Below, piece by piece: positions 1-13,949 of a stretch of DNA of 64,000 nt (positions within the stretch are counted from its first letter, which is position 1; every line of letters starts with the position of its first letter). The notes under the pieces were generated by a model that saw nothing but the letters and a program-made list of their open reading frames with translations, was not told the DNA's origin and did no database searches. A program made the position numbers and the translations under genes. Source of the DNA: Tubulanus polymorphus (taxonomy: Eukaryota; Animalia; Nemertea); the NCBI RefSeq assembly GCF_964204645.1, contig NC_134036.1, forward strand, positions 8,222,812-8,286,811, read 5' to 3'.

Positions 1-770
1 TCACGTCACTGCCGAGGGCGATATAAACTTTGATTGCGCATTGGTGTGCACCAAAAACCCGCTGGAAATGGTGAACAAATTCGCAGACGACGCCACAGCC
101 TGCGGTTTATATCAGGTACGCATAAAAATAGAAGAACCATTTCACACGAATAAAAACGAGCGTTTAACTAGTTATCAGTATTACGAGTTTCACAACACAC
201 TACGAAGCGAATCGGATCGGATTTTGATGGCTTCGAAACGGATCGGAAACTCGGTCGTCTGGCGCATTCCGTGCTGAAGAAAACAGTGTCCAGACTGTAC
301 TTCGACAGGGAAAAGGAAAGACCCGAACGCGACGAATCCTGACTGAGAACTGAACTTTATTATAAACTCGAAAAACACGAACACTAAATCACATGATAAA
401 ACCGGTTTAACAATATCACTCAGAATGCATTTATATCATTGGTTCAATTTCCCGTCAATAAATATCACATGATTGAACACAACTCACAGAAAACAAATTC
501 ACGTGAGAATCGTGACACTGAGACAAGCGTGTGTGCCTTGTAAACCGTCGCCCCTTAGTGACCACACTTCAACCCAACGGACATGTATCAACCACAATTA
601 ACAAAAAATAGAATAATAGAAAAAATAAATAGAAATAAATAAATAAAATATAGCTACATAGCATCGATAACGGGTTTCTGCGAATGGGAAGCGTACGAAG
701 ATTTCATCGTAATAAATCTAGCCCATGAGATATGACTATTGCCAAGAAGCGCAACCTAATGCAACATTAA

Positions 771-1020
771 GGCTGGCTTAGGTCGACAAGCAACGCGACG
801 CCTACCGACCCAACTGGGTTTATCGCCGATTAGCGGCAACTAGCGGCCTACGAGAGGTCGCCAGTTGCTGCTCTATCGCGGTTCGACATAAGCCGGCTTG
901 CGACGACAATCCGACGCCTACCGACTCGTCGCAAGCCGTATCCGGCTAGTTGCCCATGTTCTACTCCGGCCTACGGTAGGCGGACAGTTGCTTTCGATCG
1001 CAACCGACATAAGCTCATCT
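771..1020. mobile_element. Truncated MITE (PIF/Harbinger-like terminus), same family as 49433-50183
   Basis: Starts TAA|GGCTGGCTTAGGTCGACAAGCAAC, nearly identical to the start at 49433. The body is the reverse complement of ~49950-50183. Confidence 0.65.
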
Positions 1021-3136
1021 TATGATCATTGTAATGATTTGCGATTATTTGGTGTTAATGATTACGAATTTTTTGTATTAATCTAAATATTTTTTTGTCT
1101 TAACCATCGAAATTTTTTGGAGTAGATCATAACGATTTTTTGATAAAAGTGACTGATTCATTCATTTTGATAATCGAGAATTGAGTAAATGTAGGAAGAT
1201 TATCTATTATACGTTCTACATTTCAAGGTGATATAGTTCTTCGCATAATTGTAATCATAATCATAAATAATTGTTGCGGCTACTTATTACGATTTTTTGA
1301 GTTAATCATTAATATATTTGGGGTTCGTTTTTACGAGTTTGTGGGTGAAATCGATTCGCAAATTTTCTAAGAAAAAAAAATTTACTGATCTTTTACGTAT
1401 CTGAAGCCAATATTTGTTTTTTTTGTTATATCAAATCTACTCCTTTGCTACCTGGAAAACCACCCCTTAAGGCATTCACCGTTGCGGTATTGAATAATGT
1501 CTTGGAAAGTGTGCTGATAAAATGTCTAATGCCTGGTGTTTGTAATTGGTTTTCGATTAAGAATGTCTCAAGTGAAGCACTGAACACGTTTGAAGTGTGG
1601 ACGATCAATTTTTGAAAGTGTGCTGATTAAATGTCTAATGTCTGGTGTTTGTAGTTTATTTTTGATTAAAAAAATGTCTCAGCCGAGGCACTTGAACACA
1701 TCTGGAACGTGGACAATCAGTTTTTCTCCGGTAAAGTACTGAACACAAAACAATAAATAGTAGCACGATGTACTTCACGTATTATTAGAATGACCATCCA
1801 GGCGACGGATTGTGATAATAATTCATCTATATTTTAATTCAGGATAAAGAATATCATTATATATAAATATATCTTTGTGTCATTGTCATTTCTCGTGGTT
1901 TTGGTGTAACTACGTTTGATGGTTTTCATAGGTGGATTCATATTCAGGCAGTTGTATTTTCTGGTTGGGGCGAATCGACGCACCATCCTTTCCATTGCCA
2001 TATCGCTTCTGCAATTTTCTTCAAAGGGCGACCACTCTTCTCGATGCCGTCAATGGTGATGATGTCATAGGGGGAATTTACGGAGCGGCCATATTCACTA
2101 TATTTTCAATATATGTCGACACGTAATAATGAATTTGATTGCATTGAAGCGTTGACTTACAGCCGCATAAGCTATTGACCGGGTCACTGACCACGCCACA
2201 TTACACCTCTATTCGTACGTACATTATATATAGCAAGCTTACTTATGGTGAATATGCGTCTGGTATGGGTTTCCCCACTTCCAGCGGAACCTCGTTACAA
2301 ACAAACTCGAGTTCTATGACTAAACCAAAACCACGGACAGGTTGCTGACTTCAGATTTCGTTACGTTTGAAGACAGTGTATAATCATCGAGGATATCTTC
2401 GCCTTTAAATAGTGCACGGACAGTTCGAATTGTGAGAAAATCGGACACTTTAACCGCGGGAAGAGCAATTTTGCACTCCAGCACAAAGCTCCAGTTAGAC
2501 CATGCCGGGATCCGAACCCACTGCAGAAGACAGTTCTAAAATGATCCACCAGATGGCAGACACTATAGGCACCAATAAAATAGATAAAAAAATGTATCGT
2601 TCATTTTCAAAGTCCTAGTGAAAAAGGCCCTTTTTGTTAGGGCACATGGCCAATCGTAAATTTACAGTAGATGAGGCTTCATTGCTCATCTGAGCCGGTA
2701 TTAGTAGCGGTTCTGAAGACGAAATAAGCTCAAATGAAGAGTAATCCGCTAGTGAAAGTGAAAATGATGAACCAGGAAGTGTAATACATTTTTCCGCCGA
2801 TCACCGACCCCCGGATATGTACACCCCAAATACTGCCCCAAACCCATTTGGGGTGTACTCGGTCTCGAAGCCGGGGAAATCGAAGGAGAGTAAGAGGCGT
2901 ATCAATGAGCTGCAGGGGATATAGGTTCAACAGGCCTAGACGAATTCCAGTTAGAGAAAGGCAGCCCCTTCCTCGTCATATTGATGACTGTAATGCTAAT
3001 GAATTGAGACTATTCGGCCTTACCGATGAGCAGATTGCGGTAGAATGTTCGTGCAAAATTGCGAACGAACCAGAAAATTATGTTCCCTGGCTGAAGGATT
3101 ACACTGAAAATTCTGAATATTTCGGCCCAGCCCTAC

Positions 3137-3168
3137 CAGAAGAAATCAAACCTATAGACTCTTTACTA

Positions 3169-3222
<54 letters not shown>

Positions 3223-3254
3223 TAGTAAAGAGTCTGTAGGTTTGATTTCTTCTG
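3137..3254. repeat. Long palindrome centred on a (TA)n microsatellite
   Basis: CAGAAGAAATCAAACCTATAGACTCTTTACTATTATTTCTA-(TA)n-TAGAAATAATAGTAAAGAGTCTGTAGGTTTGATTTCTTCTG; one mismatch between the arms. Confidence 0.9.
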
Positions 3255-3269
3255 AATATATATATATAT

Positions 3270-3827
3270 TGTAAGACTTCTTCCACGACTTTTATATATT
3301 TTATCATACTCGACGTTTCAGGTCGCAATTTCCGTCTTGCTTTATTTCGACCTATGAGTTTTCATTGTAGTTTCAAATATGGCCGCGAGAAAAGTAAGTT
3401 AGTTTCTCGTCGGTGGTAATTATTACTTACGTTACGCAACAAATAAGGGGAAATTTCGGTATGTATAATGTTTATCATACTTCTAAGATTACCGACAAAT
3501 GTTGTTTGTATAATGTCGTATGCTCATATCTAAGTAAAATGGGTTAACAAGTTGTTATTTTCCCGGTGCATGGTGGCAGCACCATACGGTTGATTTACAC
3601 GTGTTTGTTCTAAATGCTTCCGCGGGTTGTACTCGGAAGATGTCTGATAGCCATTTGCCAGAATTTTGTTTTACCATTAGTTCAGTCACCAGAGTTGTAA
3701 TATCAGTATTGTGAAACTTTTGATGCATTTATTTGTATTTTGTAGTCAATCTTCTTTCTGGATGAATGGACGAATAAACCTAAACAATTAGATATAAGAA
3801 AATCTTGTAATCAGTTTTATGTCTACA
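3270..3827 (+). repeat. 5' LTR of BEL/Pao element
   Basis: TGTAAGACTTC...GTCTACA; direct repeat of 9919-10476, with only one mismatch noticed by eye. Confidence 0.95.
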
Positions 3828-3857
3828 TCATTGACGAAATCCGAAGTTTGAAGAACT

Positions 3858-6800
3858 ATGTCGTGTACAGATGGGCCTGGTACAAGTGGTGGCCAACCTG
3901 GTGTAAGTCGTGCTCAACGTGATGTTAGTAATGGTCAACCCGGTCCCAGTAATGGTCAACGTGGTCTCAGTAGTGGTCAACGTCCTGGTCTAAGCGGTGA
4001 TCGAGCTGGTGTAACTAGTGGTCAAAGTGATGTTGGTAACCGCAATGGCGATAGTGAAACCGATGAAGAGATACAATTTCCACATCTACCTTCAAGGGCC
4101 TTACCCCCGAGAATATCAGACGACGAGGCAAGACTTGCCTACATGGGTCTCTGCCTATCCCAGCACAAAAGAAAACACGAAATCGAAGCTCTTCGCTTAG
4201 AACTCAAGCTAGAAGAGGAACGAATGGAGATAGAGTCACAAATTGCTGAACTCAAGCTGAAATTAGGGGTAAAGCCTAGCTACAATTCGATGAATCCAAA
4301 TGTTGAACCCTTCGTGCCAGGGGCTGCTTCCACCCCAGAGGCGGTCGTTAATGCCGGTGGTCATGATACTGTTGGTGGCAACCAGAGTGCGGGTGATAAT
4401 GTCAATCACGGTCAGTCCGTATCAAATCAAAATGACGTAACATCAATAGTAAATGAGCTAAGAAAGCCAAAAATCGAACTGAAAACTTTCGGTGGTGATC
4501 CATTATCGTATCCAAAATTTAAACGGCAATTTGAGACATGCATCTTACAGTTTTCTGAGTCATTTGAAGAAAGACTTTCCTACTTGGAACAGTACACAAC
4601 TGGTGCCGCAAATAAGATAGTTAGTGGATTCAGTCATTTGCCAGCTGAAGTCGGCTACCGGGCAGCTATGAACGAGCTAAATGATAGATATGGGGACCAA
4701 GAAACTGTTGCAAACGCTTACGTGAAACGAGCATTAGAATGGCCTAGTATTAAGGCGGACAATCCTGCCGGCTTGGATGAGTACGCCATATTTCTCACTG
4801 AGGTGCTGCATGCCGTTAGTAGCATCGATGGACTGAAAATCTTAGAGTTTTCTGATAATGTAAAACGGCTCGTTCAAAAACTCCCGTACCATATGCATGA
4901 CCGGTGGCGAAATATCGTAGCTAGTAAACGCGATCTTGGCATTAGTGTACAGTTTAAAGATTTAGTAATGTTCGTATCTCGTGAAGCAAAGAAGGTGAAC
5001 GATCCTGTCTATGGGCGCACAGCATTAACCAGCACCTCAAGTACCGAAAATCGGGAGACTCGTGACAAGAAAATGAATAATGGCCCGAAGCCAAAACGTC
5101 AAAGCCATTCATTCGCAGCAGTTAGCCAGCAAGTAGACGGTTTTAGTAAGCCATGTGCCCACTGTAACCGTAATGGCCATGACCTGGTTAACTGCAAGGA
5201 ATTCCTTGATTTGGCAGACGACGCTAAATCTAAACGTCTTCGTAGTCTCAATCTGTGTTATGGGTGTCTCAAGCCGGGGCACCCTAAACGCTTCTGTAGA
5301 AATGTGTTGAAATGTGATATTTGCGCCAAATCGCATCCAACAGTATTACATTTTAAGAAAGCCGTGAATACGGAAAAGTTAACTTCTACAAGTCCGGTAG
5401 TAAATGTGACTCAGATGAACAACGCAAGAGATACACAATGCACCTTAGCAATTCTGCCAGTTAGACTTGGTACTGTAAATGGATCAGGATATGTGGATAC
5501 GTACGCCTTTTTTGATCCGGGCAGCACCGTATCGTTTGTGACCAGCGACTTATGTGAACTGCTCAGTGCAAAGGGTCGTAAGTCGACCATGCGTATCCAG
5601 ACAATTGGATCAGAATATCAACTCGAAACTTTCGCAATAAAAGACCTCACCGTTAGTAACTATCAGACGGGTGAAACGGTAAAGCTACCGAGTGTTTACT
5701 CAAAGGACGAAATATCTATACCGGAGCGGTGTTTCCCATCTACGGAGGACATTGATAAATGGCCTCACCTAAGAGGTATAGATGTTGCCCAACTCTACAC
5801 GAAGAAGGTTGGAATTTTGATCGGTAACAATGTCCCCGAAGCCTATTCACCATCTGAAGTCCGTACTGCCGAGACAGCAAATAGTCCTCACGCATGTCGA
5901 ACGAAGCTCGGTCGGTTGATCTGGAATTTGTATCGTAGTGACGTTATGCCTGTTGAAACCTGCAACACGATTATCGGGGAGAACGAAAGTTTACATCGCT
6001 TGTTAGAGAACTCTATCAAACTCGACTTCCCTGAAAATGTAGCACGGGAATGCAGGGAGTATTCTCAGGAGGATCAACGTTTTATGAAGATAGTTACTGA
6101 GTCAACTAGTGTGCAGGACTCTCACTATTCGGTCGCGCTTCCGTTTGTTGAAGATGATTTCGACCTACCGGATAATCGCAGCTCAGCGGAGCGCAGGCTT
6201 GAGCATCTAAAAAGAAAGTTTGAAAATGATGAGTCTCGTGTACAGTACATACAAAGGTGTTATTGCTAGAATCGGGTCATGCAGAGGAGGTTCCATTGTA
6301 CACGACCAGAGAACGACCTGTTTGGTACCTACCGCATCATGCAGTTAGGCATCCGGCCAAACCAGATAAACCGAGGGTTGTGTTTGATTGCTCTGCAAAG
6401 TATCTTGGTGTATCATTAAATGACAAACTTTTGCAAGGACCAGACTTCACAAACTCCTTGTTAGGTGTACTGTTACGTTTCAGAGAATATCCTATTGCCA
6501 TTAAATCGGACATTCAGAAAATGTTTTACCAGGTTAAGGTTCCGGCTGCGGACCGGGATGTCCTACGATTTCTCTGGTGGAAAGACGGTGACATGGGTAA
6601 AATTCCAACCGAATACCGTATGACTGTGCATCCATTCGGCGCAGTATCATCGCCCAGCTGTGCTAATTACGCGTTACGTCGTTTGGTCGTCGATTACCCT
6701 AACTTCCCGTTAGAAGTCAAGGACTGTATCGTTAGAAACTTCTATGTTGATGACTTCCTCAAATCGGTCGAAACGATTCCTGAAGCTCTGAAGCTAGTAA

Positions 6801-9403
6801 GTAGTATCAGTGATTTATGCGCTCTCGGCGGTTTTAATCTAACTGGATGGTTGAGCAACAATCGCAAAGTTCTCGAAAGCGTCGAAAGGTCGAAGTTAGC
6901 TAAAGGTATGATAGATGATGTTCTACCAACTGAGGGCGCTCTTGGTATTAAATGGTGCGCGGAAACTGATGCGTTCGAATTTATTATGCCTGACAAAGAG
7001 GTTAAACCAACACGGCGTGGTGTTTTATCGTTCATATGTTCAATCTATGATCCTATCGGCTTTCTTAGCCCATACATATTACCTGGCAAGGTATTGTTAC
7101 AAAACTTGACACTGCGAAAAGCTGAATGGGATGAAACTATCAAATCAGAAGAGTCCAAATTATTTGAATCATGGTGCGAAGATATGTCTAGAATGTCGTC
7201 GTTTAAAATCCCAAGATGCTGCGTGCCTGAAGGTTTCTCAGATATAGTCGACAATCAGTTACACATATTTGCCGACGCTAGCATCCACGGCTACGGAATG
7301 TGTGCGTACATACGCTTTGTGGACTCTAGTGGTAAAATTGGTTGCTCACTCGTACTTGGTAAAGCTCGAGTAGCTCCGCTGAAATCTGTTTCGATCCCGC
7401 GTTTAGAGCTGACTGCCGCAGCCACAGCAGTGAAACTCAGTAATGTGCTTCAGAATGAGCTAAGCAGAAAAATCGATAGCGTACATTACTGGTCGGACAG
7501 TAAGGTAGTTCTTTGTTATATTCGAAACACCACATCCAGATATAGCACGTTTGTAGCAAATCGTATCGCTGTCATACGCGATGGGTCTGAAGTGAAGGAT
7601 TGGCGTCATGTGCCCACCGACCAGAATCCTGCCGATTACCCATCACGTGGATTAAGTTTCGATGACGTTGAGAAAAGTCGTTTATGGTGTGAGGGTCCAG
7701 ACTTCTTGCGGAAAACCGAGGAACACTGGCCAGTTGAAAGTGTTGGAGACGATGACGTCTCAAGTGAAGATTTAGAGATTAAAGCTAGCAGTAATGTTAT
7801 TATGACCTCATCTGAAAGGGACGCTACCCTAGACCCTGTCGTAAAACACTACTCCGACTGATACCGTCTTCGAAGAGGTGTCGCATGGTTTGTCTCTGTA
7901 AAGGAATATTTACGCGCTCGTGTCCGTCTTCGTAAAGAACTCCAAGGCAAATCCGATAGAGAAGTAAATTCCGCTCTAGCTGAGATCAAATTGCGTAGAC
8001 CTGCTGTCGGCATGATAGAGCAAGCTACAAATGCTATCATTAGTTGTGAACAGCAACGGTATTATAATGAGGAATTCCGCACATTACAAAAGGGAAAAGC
8101 GATCAAGCGGCGAAGTCCCTTATATAAGTTTGATGTATTCATCGATAGTGACCACCTGCTACGGGTTGGGGGTCGTATTGGCCGTGCTAGAATCCCATTT
8201 GAAGCTAAACACCCGATAATATTGCCTAAAATGTCGCACGTGTCTAGGCTGATAATTCGTGAGACCCATTCAAATGTTGGACATCTGGGAAAGGACACTG
8301 TCCTCGCTCGTCTACGGGATCAGTTTTGGGTCCAAGGTGGTCCCGGCCTGGTGAAATCCATTGTTGGTGATTGTGGTACTTGTCGTCGATATCAGCGTGC
8401 CTTTTGTCGTCAAAAGATGGCCGACCTTCCACAAGAGAGGTTGGGTATAGGCGACCCGCCGTTCTCTAACACTGGCGTGGACTATTTTGGCCCGTTCACC
8501 ATAAAGCACCGTCGCTCCGAGGTCAAGCGTTATGGCGTGATCTTCAGCTGCATGACGTCTAGGGCCGTACATTTGGAGATAGCCCACTCTCTGGAAACTG
8601 ACTCGTGTATTAACGCGTATCGAAGGTTCGTATCTAGACGAGGGCCGGTCCGTGTGATGCGCTCTGATAACGGAACAAACCTGGTTGGGGCTCGAGCTGA
8701 GTTAGAGGCTGCATTAAAGGATCTCGATGGTGAGAAAATAGAATCCGAGTTAGCAAAGATCGGTGTTAGATGGGAGCTGAACCCGCCGACTGCCTCCCAT
8801 TTTGGCGGGATTTGGGAGCGACTGATCCGTTCTGTAAGAAAGGTTCTACACGGTCTAATAAAGGAGCATTCAGATAGGTTAGATGATGAGACGTTGTCCA
8901 CGTTAATGTGTGAAGTGGAGTGCATCCTCAACAATAGACCTTTAACCAAACCGACTGGCGATGTGAACGACCCACCACCTCTCACTCCAAATCATCTACT
9001 GTTAGGTAGAGGCATTAGTTGCGACGCTCCGGGCTTATTTGTTAAGAAAGATCTGTATGTTAAAAGGCGCTGGAGGTGCGTTCAGTACTTGGTAGACCAG
9101 TTTTGGTCTCGATGGTTGGTTGAGTATCTACCATTGTTGCAACTCCGCCAGAAATGGCAAACCGATTCTGGCGATCCAAATCTCCAGATCGGAGACGTTG
9201 TCTTGCTCACGGATGGCGGTGCCCGAAATAGTTGGGCAATGGGTAAAGTTATCGAGACCTTTCCTGATTCTCAGAGTGCGGTCAGGTCAGTGAAAGTTAA
9301 AACAGCTAATAATGCGCTTGTGAGGCCTATTCACAAGTTAGTACTATTACTAGAGGTAGATTCACCTCGTGATGAACTATTTTATATTGCTTGTTATTTT
9401 TGA
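3858..9403 (+). pseudogene. BEL/Pao gag-pol polyprotein broken by one frameshift (~6255) and one nonsense codon (7859-7861)
   Basis: Gag Zn knuckles (CAHCNRNGHDLVNC, CYGCLKPGHPKRFC, CDICAKSHPTVLH), protease FFDPGS, RT YLPHH/RVVFD/YVDD, RNase H FADAS...IPRLEL, integrase GVDYFGP/SDNGTN/GGIWERLI. YSD*YRLRRGVAW reads in frame into the integrase ORF (TGG>TGA likely). Confidence 0.92.
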
Positions 9404-9918
9404 AGTTTGTATTTTATACTTTGAGCACACTTGAATATTTAGTTCTGAGTTAGTAATAGTTCTATATTATGGTTTGATTAGTTTAGGCTTAGTAACCGTT
9501 GTCTTAGGAGCATAATTCTTGGTACTCGGTTATGCCCATTGTGTTGTTTCGATTTGCAATAGTATGTGCAATCGTTAAATCAATTTTCATATTTTATAAA
9601 TCAATATGCAGTGTTAGCTTTTAAGACTTATCTTAGTATTGGCACAGTATGTTAACTATATTCTAAAAGTTTCAACTTAATGACAATCAAGCGATCTGGT
9701 CTAAATGGCTGTAGATGGTATTACTATAACCTGGTTTAAGGTCTTGGGTGAATGTAAGGCTAAAATTATGTATGTAATAAGTGTAATAAGAGTCAAGAAG
9801 GTTTATGTATGCAATAAGAGTATTACGAGTCGAGCAGGTTAATAGGTCGTTTGGAAATTAGTTAACGCTCTTAAGTAAGAAATTGTTAATTATGTTCTTA
9901 ACAATTTGAGGGCCGGTA

Positions 9919-10476
9919 TGTAAGACTTCTTCCACGACTTTTATATATTTTATCATACTCGACGTTTCAGGTCGCAATTTCCGTCTTGCTTTATTTCGAC
10001 CTATGAGTTTTCATTGTAGTTTCAAATATGGCCGCGAGAAAAGTAAGTTAGTTTCTCGTCGGTGGTAATTATTACTTACGTTACGCAACAAATAAGGGGA
10101 AATTTCGGTATGTATAATGTTTATCATACTTCTAAGATTACCGACAAATGTTGTTTGTATAATGTCGTATGCTCATATCTAAGTAAAATGGGTTAACAAG
10201 TTGTTATTTTCCCGGTGCATGGTGGCAGCACCATACGGTTGATTTACACGTGTTTGTTCTAAATGCTTCCGCGGGTTGTACTCGGAAGATGTCTGATAGC
10301 CATTTGCCAGAATTTTGTTTTACCATTAGTTCAGTCACCAGAGTTGTAATATCAGTATTGTGAAACTTATGATGCATTTATTTGTATTTTGTAGTCAATC
10401 TTCTTTCTGGATGAATGGACGAATAAACCTAAACAATTAGATATAAGAAAATCTTGTAATCAGTTTTATGTCTACA
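9919..10476 (+). repeat. 3' LTR of BEL/Pao element
   Basis: TGTAAGACTTC...GTCTACA followed by TSD TATAT. Confidence 0.95.
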
Positions 10477-11646
10477 TATATATAGCCCAATCAGGATTCA
10501 GCACTGGAAGATAAACGAACCACAATATAGGTGGAGAATCCACACCCACAACACTGGTGAAGAAACAAAAACCACGACAGTATTAATAAAAATGGTTAAT
10601 AAATTTCGGAAAATTTTGAATTTAGATGCACTGTATGCTAGACGTTTATATTATGCATGTATATGTTAATAAACATGTACTAAAACATAAGGTGGAGCCA
10701 ATAAGAAGGTTTCGCCACTTCAGCAATGGACGTTCCAGCTGTCATTCAGATATCTTAGTTTTTTATTTTCTTTTTCTCTTTACGATAATGACCCAGCCAT
10801 GGTAATTAACATCCTGTCTGGTCCAACACTTGGCAAATGGGAATCCTCTGTCGTGAACTGTCATAGTCACCGTGTCAACTGATCAACCGAATGGCATTTT
10901 TCAGTGCTTACTCGATTTATACCTTCAATTTTTTCTATGAAACCTGGTCCTGAATTCTTTAACATCCTTGTTTGTTGTAGATCGCCGCTATACACAAATT
11001 TTCTTGACCTAGCTCTGACCTGTAAATAAAAAGCAAGTCAGTGTAGTATTGGACCGACGACAATTACATAATTAACGTGTTTGATATACATGAGCTGATA
11101 TGATAAATATCAATTTTTGCACATCTGAACCAAGGGACACGTAAAATATTATAAAGATTCTCATCGTCAGAGAATAACATCAGCTACCAACTACAGAAAT
11201 CAAGAACTCCGTTTGCGGTAGTTTGCAGTCACATCAGGTAGAATATTCGCTGGCAATACACCGGGCTGAAAAATGTGCAAAGTGACACGGGTCAAGTTTG
11301 CACGAGGTGCACGGTAGGCGAATCTTTCGTCGTAATTGCTGACAGAAAAAGAATATCATTTTTCCCTTTCATAAACAAATAAAGATAGAAATCGGAAATC
11401 CCTGGCAAATAAAGATCCTATTAGTTTACATTTCTATGAATATTAAATTAAACACATCAGTTCTTCACAAATTTACTATGAAATTATATTGAAATATCAT
11501 TATCAGCAGCTGTTTTCTCCTTTCATGATTATTTAAGAGCGATTACACTTATTTCTAAGCCACTCGATTGCTTTCGAATAACGGTCCACGATTTATTTAA
11601 ACCGCATTTTGTATCTGGATTTCATTTGTTATTTTCACAGCGAAAT

Positions 11647-13949
11647 ATGGAACTCTATTTAATTGCGGCGTTCACTTTGACAGCATTGTGCGTCTTCTCG
11701 GCAGGTATGTTGGTACGAATTTGGGCTGTTTCCTTTATTCTCTGGAAGCAGTTTAAATAATTCGTTACTTCACATTTTTGCAAATGAGGACAGCAATTCA
11801 AACTTAATCGATTTAAATTTTGTTTTGATGATACTGGTCTTTAAGTTTATGTTTCCCTTTCCTATTTTCATTTTGTTTAAAACGGGCAGATTGCGCTGAG
11901 GTCGCAAGAAGTAGATCTGATTACGAAAGTGTCGTTAACGTGGTAAGTATAAAACGACAACTGATAAATATCAGGATCTGTTTTCCTCTGAATTCCAATA
12001 CATAGTTCTTCACACATTCTTTATTTGAGGTAAAACGGGTTCCCAGATTCTGATGAACTAACACCAAATTCGTATAAGGTTGTTTGACCCCTCCCCGCGC
12101 GACATTTCGTACCTTAATTTTGTAAATAATCAGTTGATTTGAATTCATAATGCATCGGCCTTTCGAGTGCTGCCCGCACACTATAAGCAGGCATCCCCTA
12201 CTGGACTCTTATGCAAATAAATTGGTAATGACATCATAGCTGCGTTTCTGAACGTCGTCAACGTTTCCCCACAAAACGCGAAGCTGACGAATAGAGGAAG
12301 CTACTGACGAATGACGGACGATAGCTTCGCGTGGATAGAAGGTGTGTTAGACAGGATCGAAACATGAATACCAATTCTAAATCCGAGTATCAATATTACA
12401 GGAATTCACACCCCCGAATAATGTTTGGCCCGATGGAAACATACCTTACGCCCTGATAGTTCCTACGGAAAGCATAATTAGTTCTTATCATTATAGTGCC
12501 ATCTGGATTAAGATATCAAATTGTCTGATTTGTAGTACAGTTTAAATATGGTCAGACTTCCACTTCTAAGCCCTATCGCTATTGATTCATCGCATACATT
12601 AAACGGGTACTGTGCGTATGTCAAGCAATAAGTTATGCCATTTTCTATGTCTGCACTTTTCTGAAATAAATCTCCTAATCTAAGGATCCTTTGTTGCTTA
12701 GGTTATGAGCGTGTCACAGCTCAACTAAATAATCATCGTTTCCGCTTTTCGGGAACTAATCAGAATTTTTCTTTCGTAGTTTTTCGCCATTGTAATTCAT
12801 ATCGGTTTAATGTACTTTCCTTCACAGACGATCCACAAAAAGCCCATATACGAAAGGCATTGCAAAGTTTTTCTGATACCACACCACAGTTAGATCAATG
12901 CCTAGTCATTGGATTAACTAGTGACGTGATTTCTCAGTCTAGTTCGACTCGCCAGCTGGTTTTAAAGATCAGTTGATTAATCGCACTGACTTCAGATAAA
13001 TAAACGTGTCGGCGAACTAAACTAAACTGTGCTGAACAAAGGCCCAGTTTCATGAAAGCGTAACCTATTCCATTCGAAAGCTCGTTTGATAATATTCGAA
13101 TTTCAAAGCCTTAGAATCGATTTTAGATTTCCTAGAAAGTGAACTAATTTTCACTACGATTGCATACCGGTTATATTACGCGAGACCGCGTTATGGCCTT
13201 GTCAGAGCAAGAAAGGAACGAAGGAGCAAAGTTAGACGAAAAACATAAAACTGAGTATTACTTAACTTCCCCCTCCTCTAGAAAACAGATTTAGAAAAAA
13301 AAACATTTACACCGTGTTCATCTTTTTCTCTATAGAGGTTGTGTGAGTGGTATTGGTTACTGGGGTAAGAAACTGATCGGTAAAATAGGCCTAAAAAGTT
13401 TGTCGAGTTTTTTGCAGCCAAGCCCTTTACCACGAAATCTTACACACCCACGGATTCCGACACGAATGGACGAAATTCGGCTGCGAAAAATACTTGAATC
13501 TTAATAGCCCGGCAGGTAAAAATATGAATGTGTTAAGTTATAACGAGAAGCATGCATCTTGATAATATAATGAGTACATTTTCAATAACAAAAAAGTCCT
13601 AAAAGTACGGCTCTCACAGCTGTGGTACCCGCACGAAAATTCAGCTACGTTTTGACCTCGATTATATGGCTGACAAATCTTTTGAAAATCTAAATACAAT
13701 GTCATCATTTTTACAGATAATTCGAACTTGAAAAACAGTTGGGTTGGTACCCCTCTCAACGTGTACTCTGTCATGGCAACACCGGCTAAATTTAAGCTTT
13801 TACCCGATGTTAAGGCGAAGATGGAAGAGGCTTTGGTGAAACAGTATCCGAATAGTGCAGAGAAACAAACCTTAGCTCATTGGCAAAGGCATGAAAATGG
13901 GGATCAGTTTCTGGGATGCGGAGAGGATAAGAAGGGCTTATGGCTGTAG
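11647..13949 (+). CDS. Possible multi-exon gene for a small secreted protein (exon structure uncertain)
   Basis: AG-flanked exon encoding signal peptide MELYLIAAFTLTALCVFSA with donor at 11705. Further AG/GT-bounded open exons near 11890-11942, 13336-13364 and 13717-13949. No family recognised. Confidence 0.35.

Larger units (their letters stand above)
3270..10476 (+). mobile_element. BEL/Pao LTR retrotransposon, full length but coding-defective
   Basis: Two 558-bp TG...CA LTRs, 5-bp TSD TATAT (3265-3269 / 10477-10481), PPT-like GAGGGCCGGTA before the 3' LTR, and gag-PR-RT-RH-IN order with BEL-type motifs. Confidence 0.95.

Noticed and set aside
2547-2560. CTCF-like motif CCACCAGATGGCAG and a nearby piggyBac-like acidic N-terminus (~2646)
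   Set aside because: A single short motif and a decayed reading frame; no TIR/TTAA pair or catalytic domain in support.
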